The notes beneath the pieces were generated by a model that saw only the letters and a list, made by a program, of their open reading frames with translations, was not told the DNA's origin and made no database searches. The position numbers and the translations under genes were made by a program. From assembly GCA_043732185.1 (NCBI GenBank), contig JAYTHY010000053.1, forward strand, positions 1-34,563: DNA of 34,563 nt, written 5' to 3'. Shown one piece after another: positions 10,606 through 20,300 of this stretch. How positions within the stretch are numbered: the first letter of the stretch is position 1; each line of letters opens with the position of its first letter. Source of the stretch: Fibrobacteria bacterium. GTDB lineage: Bacteria > Fibrobacterota > Fibrobacteria > UBA11236.

Positions 10606-13600
10606 TTGTCATTCTCTACCCGCCCTCTAAGCGCCAAGACTGGCCCAAGGCTCCTCCCTGCGGGGTGGTGGGAAGGCGTGCCGGAAGGTTTCCGTAAGCA
10701 ATTCGATCGGAAAATCCTCCGTCAAGGGTACTTGCTAAGCTTCGATGGTTTTGTGAAGGGCCTGGTTTTCTTCCGCACGGTATACGGTGCCACGGTTTTG
10801 GATGGGAATGCACGGTTCATTTGCCGGTATCGCCACGAATCGGAGAAGAGCCGCTTCCTCCATAGTAACTGTGAATGCACATGCGGTTTGGCGAAGGTAC
10901 AGTATCGATGCGCCCACGAAGCCGCCTTGCTTTTTAAGGTATTCACGGATGCCGCTGGCCGTTCCATATCCGGAGGAAAAGCAGTCGGAGACGGATACAA
11001 TGCGAGCATATGGGCACAACTGGCCTTGGCAATTTGCCGCTCTCATCCGAGCGAAGAAATAAAACTGGTGCATCGTCCAGACCGAACCTCTCTTGAAAAT
11101 CCAGCCGGCCTCGAAATACTTGGGCTTGAAGATTCGGGTGATGCATTCAAAGACAAAGCCGAATATGGCAAATGGGCCGCGCAAGAAATTCTCGATGAAG
11201 AAATCCTCGCCTTGAAATCCATGGGGCATACTCCCACGCGACGCGCCGAGTTCGGCCCCGTTGGAGAGGTTTGCCGCATAGCCTATTTACGCTATGCGAA
11301 TCCGGTGGGACGTTTGGATTGGGATGAAGCAATTTTGCTATTTCGCTTACGCTTTCACGAAAATAATTCGCCGTTTTGTGTCACCGGATTATTGTCCAAC
11401 GAGCAAGCCTATTCCTTTTGGAAGAAATACCCGCAGCTTGAATTGGGCGATGGCTTCGCCGAGGAAGAGGAATCCTGGCGAAAGGGTTTGGAAGTTCGTG
11501 TGGTGGATGGAAGCCGCCTTCGCATTCGACCTTTTGCCGGATTAGAGGCACGCAACTTTCCAGCCTCAGCAGCCTCAGCAGCCTCAGAGGGAGAAGGCCT
11601 GCGCTTCGGGGACAGGGTTTTTCTACCCAGATGCGGTTTCCGAAAATTGCATTCCGGTCCGGGATCCTTGCTGCAGCGGTATACGGGATGGAAAACGTAT
11701 TGGGTGGAAGCGATAGCGGTACCGGAATTTCTGCGCAAGCACAGCGAGGAACTTGCTTCCGGTCCGGATTACGATCTGGATCCGATCCTCGGCCATCCCC
11801 ATGCCGCCACAATCCAGAACCTCTATGTGCGCGTCCATGCTGCTGAAGGGGAACGCTATCGCGTCGCCTTGGAATTCCACATCGGCAACACACTTCTGGA
11901 TTTGCAGCGCCTCAAATCACTGCTGGAATCCGGTCAACCTTGTCTCATCACCTCAGCGGGATGGGTGGATTTATCCGCAATGGAATGGTCGTGGCTGGGT
12001 CATGTGAAAGCGGATCATTGGCATCGACAAGAGGAAGAGTGGCATGCTTTGATGGATGCCGCGCAGCTGACGCGCATTTGCGTCATGCATGCGCCTGAGC
12101 GAATTCAAGTAAATAGAAATCAAGTAGGCTCGCCGAGCGTCCCCGGATTGGATTTTTTGGAGACCTTGGCAAACTTGGCGTGTGAAGACTTGATAGCAGA
12201 GGATTCGGATGCAACCTATCTTAAAATACCTCTGCCAACAACGGGATTGCGCACCTATCAGGTGGAAGGTTTGCGATGGTTGCACCGGCTCACAGCGTCG
12301 GGCCTATCCGGAATTCTGGCTGATGATATGGGCCTTGGCAAAACCCATCAGGTGATGGCTCTATTCGCCTGGCTGCATCAGCATTCGGAAGGCAGAGATA
12401 AAATCCTGATAATCTGTCCTACCTCGGTGTTGTATCACTGGTACGAAAAGATTGCGGCCTTCCATCCCGAACTGAACGCGGGAGTTTTTCACGGCGCCCA
12501 GCGGGATCCGGAAATTCTGGATAAAGAAATATGCATCACCAGCTACGGCATCGCCCGCAATGACATGGATTTATTTCGCCGCCGGAATTATGCCGTACTG
12601 GTTTTGGATGAAATCCAATTCTCCAAAAACCGGGATTCGGAAACGCACCAATCGCTGCGGGACTTTCCGGCGCGCAGCATCATCGGCTTAAGTGGCACAC
12701 CGCTGGAAAATTCTGTTTGGGAAGTCAAAAATCTTTTCGACCTGATTCTGCCGGGATACTTCCCCGGAGAAAGTCAGTTCCGCCGGGACATTGCAGATCC
12801 GTTGGAATCCGGAATGGGAGTGGAGGCTGCCAAAAAGCGTTTCATGCGTTTGACCCGTCCGTTCTTATTGCGTAGGCTCAAATCAGAAGTTTTGTCCGAC
12901 CTCCCAGAAAAAATGGAGGAAACCTATACCTGTGATTTAGCACCCGATCAAGCCACCTTGTATCATGCTTGCTTAAAGCAAAAAGGCGGCCCTTTGCTGC
13001 GGGAGTTGCTGGGGCAAGGGAAGGGTCCGGGCCAGCCATCCATGCTGCACATTTTTCAATTGCTTAACCATTTGAAGCAAATCTGCAATCATCCCATGAC
13101 CTTGTCGGGTGCGGCAGCGGAAACTGAAGTGCTTAACAAGGAGTACCGCAGCGGCAAGTGGGAGTTGTTCGTTTTCCTGCTGGAAAAATCTTTGGCCGCC
13201 GGGCATAAGATTGTCGTGTTCAGCCAATACCTGGGAATGCTGGAGTGGATCGAAAAGCATTTGAAGGATGCCAGTATCGGCTATGCTGTTTTGAATGGCT
13301 CCACTCAAAACCGCCCAGCGGTGCTGAAACGCTTTGCCTCCGATCCCACTTGCCGGGTTTTCTGTTGCAGCTTAAAGGCGGGCGGCGTAGGCATCGATTT
13401 GACCGCGGCGGAAACTGTCATCCACTATGATAGGTGGTGGAATGCGGCACGGGAAAATCAGGCCACCGATAGAGTACATCGCTTCGGGCAATCGAAAAAT
13501 GTGCAAGTATATAAGCTCATTACGCGCGGAACGATTGAAGAGCGCATCGACGCTATTATACGTAAGAAGGCGGCGTGGATGGAAACGCTCTTGCCCGGCG

Positions 13601-13665
13601 ACGCAGAAGGTGGACTGAAACTGTTTACGCGCGGGGAGCTGATTGAATTACTGAGAGGGGAATAG
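10606..13665 (+). CDS. SWIM zinc-finger SNF2-family helicase/ATPase
   Basis: SWIM-like CTC..RCAH, LRTYQ, GILADDMGLGKT, LDEIQ, SGTPLEN, LRRLK, VFSQY, SLKAGGVG and DRWWN..ENQATDRVHRFGQ. Start uncertain: TTG 10606 chosen to avoid overlapping the upstream gene; the ORF is open from 10477. Confidence 0.92.
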   Translation: MSFSTRPLSAKTGPRLLPAGWWEGVPEGFRKQFDRKILRQGYLLSFDGFVKGLVFFRTVYGATVLDGNARFICRYRHESEKSRFLHSNCECTCGLAKVQYRCAHEAALLFKVFTDAAGRSISGGKAVGDGYNASIWAQLALAICRSHPSEEIKLVHRPDRTSLENPAGLEILGLEDSGDAFKDKAEYGKWAAQEILDEEILALKSMGHTPTRRAEFGPVGEVCRIAYLRYANPVGRLDWDEAILLFRLRFHENNSPFCVTGLLSNEQAYSFWKKYPQLELGDGFAEEEESWRKGLEVRVVDGSRLRIRPFAGLEARNFPASAASAASEGEGLRFGDRVFLPRCGFRKLHSGPGSLLQRYTGWKTYWVEAIAVPEFLRKHSEELASGPDYDLDPILGHPHAATIQNLYVRVHAAEGERYRVALEFHIGNTLLDLQRLKSLLESGQPCLITSAGWVDLSAMEWSWLGHVKADHWHRQEEEWHALMDAAQLTRICVMHAPERIQVNRNQVGSPSVPGLDFLETLANLACEDLIAEDSDATYLKIPLPTTGLRTYQVEGLRWLHRLTASGLSGILADDMGLGKTHQVMALFAWLHQHSEGRDKILIICPTSVLYHWYEKIAAFHPELNAGVFHGAQRDPEILDKEICITSYGIARNDMDLFRRRNYAVLVLDEIQFSKNRDSETHQSLRDFPARSIIGLSGTPLENSVWEVKNLFDLILPGYFPGESQFRRDIADPLESGMGVEAAKKRFMRLTRPFLLRRLKSEVLSDLPEKMEETYTCDLAPDQATLYHACLKQKGGPLLRELLGQGKGPGQPSMLHIFQLLNHLKQICNHPMTLSGAAAETEVLNKEYRSGKWELFVFLLEKSLAAGHKIVVFSQYLGMLEWIEKHLKDASIGYAVLNGSTQNRPAVLKRFASDPTCRVFCCSLKAGGVGIDLTAAETVIHYDRWWNAARENQATDRVHRFGQSKNVQVYKLITRGTIEERIDAIIRKKAAWMETLLPGDAEGGLKLFTRGELIELLRGE
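11561..11587 (+). repeat. In-frame 9-bp tandem repeat (CAGCCTCAG)x3
   Basis: Three exact copies, encoding the ASAASAAS stretch within the SNF2 gene. Confidence 0.85.
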
Positions 13666-14965
13666 CCACTTGGCCAAATTCACTTTCAAATTCTTCGAGT
13701 ACGGATTTCCAGGAAGCCCAAATGCCCCGTGTCACCGTCTGGTCCACCAGCTTGACCCGCACCAGAAACTCCAGCCAATGGGAAAGATTCGCCCATACCG
13801 AGCAGGCTCGAAATTCCTGCATCTCAAAGCTGAAGAGCTTTTCCCCGAAGTAGGCATCCAAGGTTTCTGAATCCGGGCATAAATTCCGGACGAGCGTGTC
13901 ATTCCAAAAAATGGAAACTTCCTCTGCATGTTGCTCTTCTTGAAAAGACTCTTCCAGATGGGCATTGAGGATATCCAGAAATTCCGCGGCTGCTAGATCA
14001 GCCTGGGTCCAAGGCACGGCCTTTTCAATCCGGAGAAAACCACGGAATAGGTGCGTCAAGACATTCAGTCCGTTTTGAAAGGCGGCCTCCAAATCGGATT
14101 TCAGTAGCATGTCTCCTCTGCTTACCGAAAAATTTTCTTTCGGAATCGGTTCGAATGAGTAGATGGACATGTGCTCGATACATTTTTTGACTTCCCAATC
14201 CTCCCATGCTTCGAAGTTGCGAATTCTGACACTTAATTCAGGTTCATCGATAGGAACGGAAGCTTCCAGAGCCGTGGACACTTCGTAATGGATCCCTCTA
14301 CGCATAAATCGTTCAAGGGCGGATTTGGAAATAAGTTTCGATTCTCGCACAGATGGCCACCCAGCGCGCATTCCTTTCACTAGGATTTCCAGAAGCCCAT
14401 AATAGGCCAAGCAATCCGCCACATTCAGAAAAAAGACTAAATCTCCGGAGGCAAAGGCAGCATAGGTTATGAATAGGGATTCGATGCTGGCTAATCGCTC
14501 GTCCTTTAGCGTCTGCTTAAGCACATCCCACAATAGCTGACCGCCGATTTCCGCAAAGATTTCCGGATTTTCGTGTCCAAGCCGATTCAGTTGAGCTCGA
14601 TAGGCATCGCGTTCTGCTAGGGATTCCGCTGCATCCCATACCCTCTCGAAAAATCCTTTGGCTAAGTTGACGTCAATGAGCTCCGCTTTGGGTACATATG
14701 CCGTCAATAATTCGAGCATTTCATGGAAGCTCATATCATGTAAAAGTGCATCCAACTCTAATTCGATTTCGTCCGCCTCCTGGTCGAGGTCGAATAACTC
14801 GTCATCATCATCATCTGGATCAAAATCGTCCACTAAAGGACTCTGTACCATGGTCACTGCTTTGCGGTCTACTGAGGCCGTGTTCTCGTCATCGGCCAAA
14901 TGGCATTTCTTATACTTTTTTCCGCTCCCGCAAGGGCAGGGATCATTGCGACCAGTTTTATTCAT
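13625..14965 (-). CDS. SEC-C motif protein (N-terminal SEC-C, acidic linker, unknown helical region)
   Basis: N-terminus GRNDPCPCGSGKKYKKCH, then DDFDPDDDDDELFDLD. Its 3' end overlaps the SNF2 3' end by 41 nt. Confidence 0.85.
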   Translation of the reverse strand: MNKTGRNDPCPCGSGKKYKKCHLADDENTASVDRKAVTMVQSPLVDDFDPDDDDDELFDLDQEADEIELELDALLHDMSFHEMLELLTAYVPKAELIDVNLAKGFFERVWDAAESLAERDAYRAQLNRLGHENPEIFAEIGGQLLWDVLKQTLKDERLASIESLFITYAAFASGDLVFFLNVADCLAYYGLLEILVKGMRAGWPSVRESKLISKSALERFMRRGIHYEVSTALEASVPIDEPELSVRIRNFEAWEDWEVKKCIEHMSIYSFEPIPKENFSVSRGDMLLKSDLEAAFQNGLNVLTHLFRGFLRIEKAVPWTQADLAAAEFLDILNAHLEESFQEEQHAEEVSIFWNDTLVRNLCPDSETLDAYFGEKLFSFEMQEFRACSVWANLSHWLEFLVRVKLVDQTVTRGIWASWKSVLEEFESEFGQVAIPLSVIQSAPRA

Positions 14966-15039
14966 GGTAGGGGGAAATCTATTTTATTTCGAAAATCTAT
15001 TCCAGGTTGAATCCCGGCTAATCAGACTTGCGAGGAAAA

Positions 15040-15116
<77 letters not shown>

Positions 15117-15206
15117 CAATCCATGTTAAGAGTATGGGGCAGTGAAAATAGTTCCTAGGCTTGTTACCGGCAACCCTGCCAGCAATTCAAACCCAAGGCT
15201 TTGGAC

Positions 15207-15584
15207 CTAATCCTTATACCACCAGTCCGATTTAGCGGCTTTGCCTTTATTTGAACTGCCATCCTTATACCACCAGGTGTCTCCTTCTGCCTCTCCGCCG
15301 GCAGCTTTTCCATTATCGCTTGGATTTTCGATCGGATATTTGTTCCCCGTAGCCGAGGCGTTACGCACATCTTTTTTATCCGATCTGTCTGGCTGCCATC
15401 CCGCACCGCGGCTATCTTCTGACCCACGGTTTTGGCCATGACTCTGGCGGGCATTTTGGGAATGGATTTTCTTGCGCGCGGACCCGGTAGGCCAAACCAG
15501 CAGCAGGAATAGCAGTACGGCTGCCACGGAACCTATCAGAGGAAAAAGTATTTTCATTTTCGGGGTGAGGGGTGCAAATGCCAT
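15207..15584 (-). CDS. Small membrane-anchored hypothetical protein with two C-terminal WWYKD motifs (125 aa)
   Basis: AAGGAG SD before ATG 15584, hydrophobic ILFPLIGSVAAVLLFLLLVW, a polar linker, then ...DTWWYKD...SDWWYKD*. Confidence 0.75.
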   Translation of the reverse strand: MAFAPLTPKMKILFPLIGSVAAVLLFLLLVWPTGSARKKIHSQNARQSHGQNRGSEDSRGAGWQPDRSDKKDVRNASATGNKYPIENPSDNGKAAGGEAEGDTWWYKDGSSNKGKAAKSDWWYKD

Positions 15585-15944
15585 GATCGCGTCTCCTTTG
15601 CGTAAAAAGGGTTTCCGGTGGCTCAAGGCCCAATGCCAAGCCCTAAAGGTATCAATCTTACCAGAATCGGCCGAACCTTTCACCTTGTGATTGGCATCAC
15701 GTGAATCCATTCGGTTGCGCCTCAAATCGGCCACAAAACACTATGACTTTGCGTTCTAAAACCTAAAGCGACTCTCAAATTGCCGAGCAGAATCCTTTAA
15801 GATGCCGCAATCAAGCCATTCTTGGAGATACGGAGACTGGGGCAATCCACGCTAAACAAAGTGTAAAGGTTTTTAAATCCCACCCCGATATAAATAATGT
15901 AAACCCGGCCGTTGCCACTGACATCGGCTCTCAAGGAAAAGAAA

Positions 15945-16421
15945 ATGAAAGCTCTCCTGCTGTTAGCCAGCCTTGTAACCATCATTCCCGCCGCCAATCT
16001 CAAAGGCAAAGTGGTCGGGGTTAAGGGCGGAAATTCCATCGAGATACTGTCGGAGGGCAAAGTCATCGGCATCAAGCTATTCGGCATCGAATGTCCAGAG
16101 AGGGACAACAACTCCGGAAAAATAGCCCGTCATTTTGTGGCCGAACAGGCTTTTATGAACGAGGTGCAAGTGGAAATAACCGGTACGGAATCGGATGGCA
16201 ATTTTATCGGGAAAGTATTTACCGCTGACGGCAAGAATCTCAGCATCGAATTGCTTAAACAAGGTTTGGCATGGTGGGACAAGCAGTCTACGCCTGATGA
16301 GGAAGTATTGGCCAAGCTCGAGAAACAAGCGCGCGATGCTTTCAAGGGTATCTGGGGCGCTACCGCCGACGATGAAGATGGAATAGACTACACCAAGGAA
16401 GTTTTAGCTAAACGCGATTAG
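15945..16421 (+). CDS. Secreted thermonuclease (SNase)-fold protein with a degenerate active site
   Basis: AAGGA SD and signal peptide. GKVVGV.., IKLFGIECPE, LSIELLKQGLAW and EKQARDAFKGIW match the SNase layout. Confidence 0.85.
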   Translation: MKALLLLASLVTIIPAANLKGKVVGVKGGNSIEILSEGKVIGIKLFGIECPERDNNSGKIARHFVAEQAFMNEVQVEITGTESDGNFIGKVFTADGKNLSIELLKQGLAWWDKQSTPDEEVLAKLEKQARDAFKGIWGATADDEDGIDYTKEVLAKRD

Positions 16422-17325
16422 TGCGGCTTTCCTTGGCGACATCTTTGGCCAGGTCCTGACTGCATTCCAAATCATACAACTCTCGAAGTCTTCGAAACAC
16501 GGGACCCACTTTTCCCGCTCCGATTTTTTTCCCGTCAATGCGGCATATAGCCAATGGGCCGCGCACGGAAGAGCATAGGAATGCTTCCGACATCCTAGGA
16601 ATTTCCGCCGGATACAAGGCCGCTTCACGGTGGGGAATGCCTTCGCGTTTCAGTATGCGCAACAGCACCTGGCGCGTAATACCGGGAAGAATGCCGGTAC
16701 CAATCGGGGGCGTGAGCACTATCCCATCAGCTACACAGAAGAAACTGGAGGTGGAGAGTTCGGCGATTTCACCATTCGGGCCGAGCAGGATGGCTTCGTA
16801 GCAGCCACGGCTATCCGCCTGGGCCTTAGCAAAAATATTTGCGAGGTAATTGGTGGATTTGATGGCCGAGTCCAGCCCTGAGGCGGCGGCTTTATTGATA
16901 GTCGAGATCGCGACCTTAACCCCGTTTTGATACAGCTTGGGAGGCAATCCGGAAACCGGCGTCACTGTTACAATCAAGGAAGGGTCGATGGACTTGTCGA
17001 TGGCCAAACCACCGAAGTACTGGCCGCGCGTCAGCGTTATACGCACAACCGCATCATCGAGCCCGCTTTTTCGGCACAGGGTTCTAATCAACGCACACAG
17101 CGCCCGCTCCTGCATATCCAGACGGATACGCAGGCGCTTGGCGGATTTAGATAGCCGGGCGTAATGGAGCGAAAAAAATTGGGGATGACCGCGCATGGCC
17201 CGCACGGTTTCAAACAACCCATCGCCGAGCACAAGGCCGCGATCGAAAACGGAGACCACGGCTTTTTGGGCAGGTACGATGCGCCCGTTGACGTAGGCGT
17301 ACTGGGGCTTAATGCTTTTTGGCAA
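16408..17325 (-). CDS. PLP-dependent aminotransferase class IV (IlvE/Dat/PabC-like)
   Basis: DRGLVLGDGLFETVRA, catalytic Lys in IKSTNY, ELSTSSFF and ILPGITR. TTG start at 17325 has GGAG 7 nt upstream and overlaps the upstream gene's end. Confidence 0.9.
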   Translation of the reverse strand: MPKSIKPQYAYVNGRIVPAQKAVVSVFDRGLVLGDGLFETVRAMRGHPQFFSLHYARLSKSAKRLRIRLDMQERALCALIRTLCRKSGLDDAVVRITLTRGQYFGGLAIDKSIDPSLIVTVTPVSGLPPKLYQNGVKVAISTINKAAASGLDSAIKSTNYLANIFAKAQADSRGCYEAILLGPNGEIAELSTSSFFCVADGIVLTPPIGTGILPGITRQVLLRILKREGIPHREAALYPAEIPRMSEAFLCSSVRGPLAICRIDGKKIGAGKVGPVFRRLRELYDLECSQDLAKDVAKESRTNRV

Positions 17326-20300
17326 ACGGAGACTCCGGTCGCATAGGGTTGTGTTCCGAATGGTTTCCAAGTAGACCATTGTAAAGCCCAAAGGAAACGC
17401 CGAAACTGATGCGGGTGGCGTAGGTGTCCAACTGGCTGTCGCGCCCGAATTTTAGCTGGATATTTTCGATCGGCACACTTCCACCTTTGCCATTGGGAAT
17501 TCCGGAAAGGGCTGTGGCCGCTTCAAAGTAGGCGAGAAAGGGATAGTTGTGAAAAACACGTGCATTGAGTTTGAGTCCCCATCCTACGCTTTGGTACCAG
17601 CCATCCGCCTGAGTTGGGGGATTCCAATATGCGGCGTCGAAAATACGAGGGTCCGCCAAGGAACCGTTCCAGGTGCGTCCCGTTTCCCAGAAGGCATTGG
17701 CATAAAGATCTTCGATAAAAAGCACCCAATAGGTTTTGTAAATATCCGGCAGGATAGGCTGGTTCAGATCCGCACTCACCTTGGCCGTGTTTTCCCCTTG
17801 AAAGGCCAGGTTCTCGATATCGCGCAGGAAGGGGTAACCGCGCAGGAACATGCCCTTGGAGAAAAAGGAATCCAAGGTATCGGCGGAATTTTTTCCCTTG
17901 GTTGCGGTCCAGTCGAGAATGCTTCCCACAAAACCAGACATTACAATAGCCCCGTTATCGGCCCAGGGCAGCCCCATTCCATATGTGACGCCCATATCCA
18001 AATCATGGATGGTGTATTTACGGTAATTTGGTTTCGGAAAGCCAGAACTGAAGTCAAAGATCTCATAAAAAGATCCGCCGCGCAAAATGCTGGACTGATT
18101 GTAAGTATAGGCCAGAGCCGCAGCCAATCCTTGAGGCGCCACAAGTTCTTTATCAGAATAGGTGGATCCGTAAAGATTGATTAGGGTGGAAATATACAGG
18201 TTCTGATAATATGTGAATCCGAAATTATCTTGAAAGAAATTGAAATCGTTCCAAGCATAGCCGGTTGCCAGGCGAACAAACGAGGATTGCGCGCCATCAT
18301 CCGCAAGAGACGCGTCAAAAAGATTGTAGCTGGCAGCCAGAGATGCATCGCGAAAGGTTACCGCGTACTGTTGTGTCTCGATTTTTACACCACCCGTTAA
18401 ATCCTTATCATTTATTTTCACCGTATCGTGCGTGGTCATGTTGCCGCGCGAAAATGAAGCTTCCAAAGAAACCGGCAGGGAATGATTGGACAGGGCCAGA
18501 TAGAATTGGGACTCCTTGTCGGCGGAAAGAATCTCGGAATTCGCTCCGAAATAATCCAGCCCTTTCCCGACTTCAACCAAAAGCGCGCCGGAGATTTCGT
18601 TCTTCAAAATCGGATCGTTCAGCACGCCATTAAATCCTGCCAACCATTTGGCTTCACCGGTGCGGGCTGCGCGGGTGCTGGCAGACATCTCCTCCCCAAA
18701 TAGCAACGGGTTGAGAATGTAACGATTGGGAATGCCCAAGTAATGTTCGCTCTTGCCTTCAAAATCGATGGCCTCCACTTTTTCGTTTTCCGGGTGGAGA
18801 TTGCGCAGTGCCACGGGCGGCGCTTGCACGGGCTTGAGCAGCGGGAGTAGGTACAAGGAGAAGCCGGAACTGTCGTAGCCCACATAGGCCAGATGCTTTC
18901 CGGAGGAATCGATAGCGGGCGCAAAGGCGCCGCCGGATACTTGGGTTAAGGCTTGCAGCCCCTCTGTGGCGAAATCGTATTGGTAGAGATTATAAATTCC
19001 GCTGCTGTCGGCGGAAAAAAAGAAGGACTTTCCATCCGGGCTCCATTCCGGATCGCGTTCGTCATAGGGCCGATCCAGTACCGCATGAAAGCCGGTGCCA
19101 TCGGAAGAAATCATTCCGATGTTCCTTGATGTGCCGTCATAGAAGGAGAAAAGAATATTCTTTCCATCCGGTGAAAAACGCGGCGAGTAAATATTAAATC
19201 CATACTTACCCTGCATGGCGGTGTCGATGGGGAAAAGCGTTTTAACCGAATCCGGATTTATGTCCGCACCATCCGGCTTCGAGTTGCCCGCCCCCTGGCC
19301 GTCTGGCACCGGAGCCGTACACAGATAAAAATTGGTCAACTGGTTTCTTACAAAGACGATGCGCTTGCCAGAATGGTCGTAACTGGCTTGTACGGCATTC
19401 AGGTTTTTGGTGTAGCGTTTTTCCGTCTTGTCTTTTCCAAAACCAAACCATTCCGGCGTAAAGAGTTTAGCCTTGCGGCGCGGGTTCTTTTGGTAGACAT
19501 CCAATTTGTGAATTCCGTTTTTATCTTCGTTTTTGGCGGAATGGAAAAGGAAGGTGCTGTCATCCTTGGCAACATCAAAAGGGCTGCGGATGCTGCCGGT
19601 AATAATTTTAAGCCGGTCCGCTTCCTTTTTTTTGGTGGTGTCGGCCAGATTGTAAACGTACAGGGCGCCTTTGAAATCGTCGCGACCGCGGTTGGACACA
19701 AAGAAGATGCCGTCGCCTTTGGCATTCCAGCGCGGATAATAATTGTAAAACCCTTCCGAGGTGAGCTTTTGTCCCATTTCCAAATGGCCGAGCGCTTTCA
19801 CTTGATCCGCATACTGTGCGGTAAGCGAGTTTTTCCAATCCTCCCAAAGCGCATACCCGTTCTTGCCTATGACGCGTTCCATGGAGGCGGATAACGTTTG
19901 TCGATGCAGGCGCGAGTTCTCGGCCCATAAGCGGATGACGGCTGCATCCCCATATTTTGCAGCCAGGTATTTTACAAAGGCGAAGCCCTGCGTATAGGGA
20001 CCGAGCTCGTATTGCAAACTGGTGCCGGTAAAGGTTCCCATCCGGTCGTAACTGAGCAGTTTGTTGTCCAGCACCGCCCGTCTCAGTAGCATGTCGCGAT
20101 GCGAATCCCAAGCATCATAACCCGAGAACTCACTTTCGTATTGCGCCACGCCTTCCGCAAACCAGTTGGGTTGCTGGGTAAAAGGAATGATGGTGGCGAA
20201 GGACGATTGCACCGGCTCGTTATAATAGTCCTGGTACCCGATTACCAAACCTTGAATTGGGCTAGGCAGCTTGCTGGAACTCTGGATAGAAACCAGATGG

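Noticed and set aside
15620..15705. TGGCA motifs as sigma-54 promoters
   Set aside because: No TTGC at the required -12 spacing on either strand.
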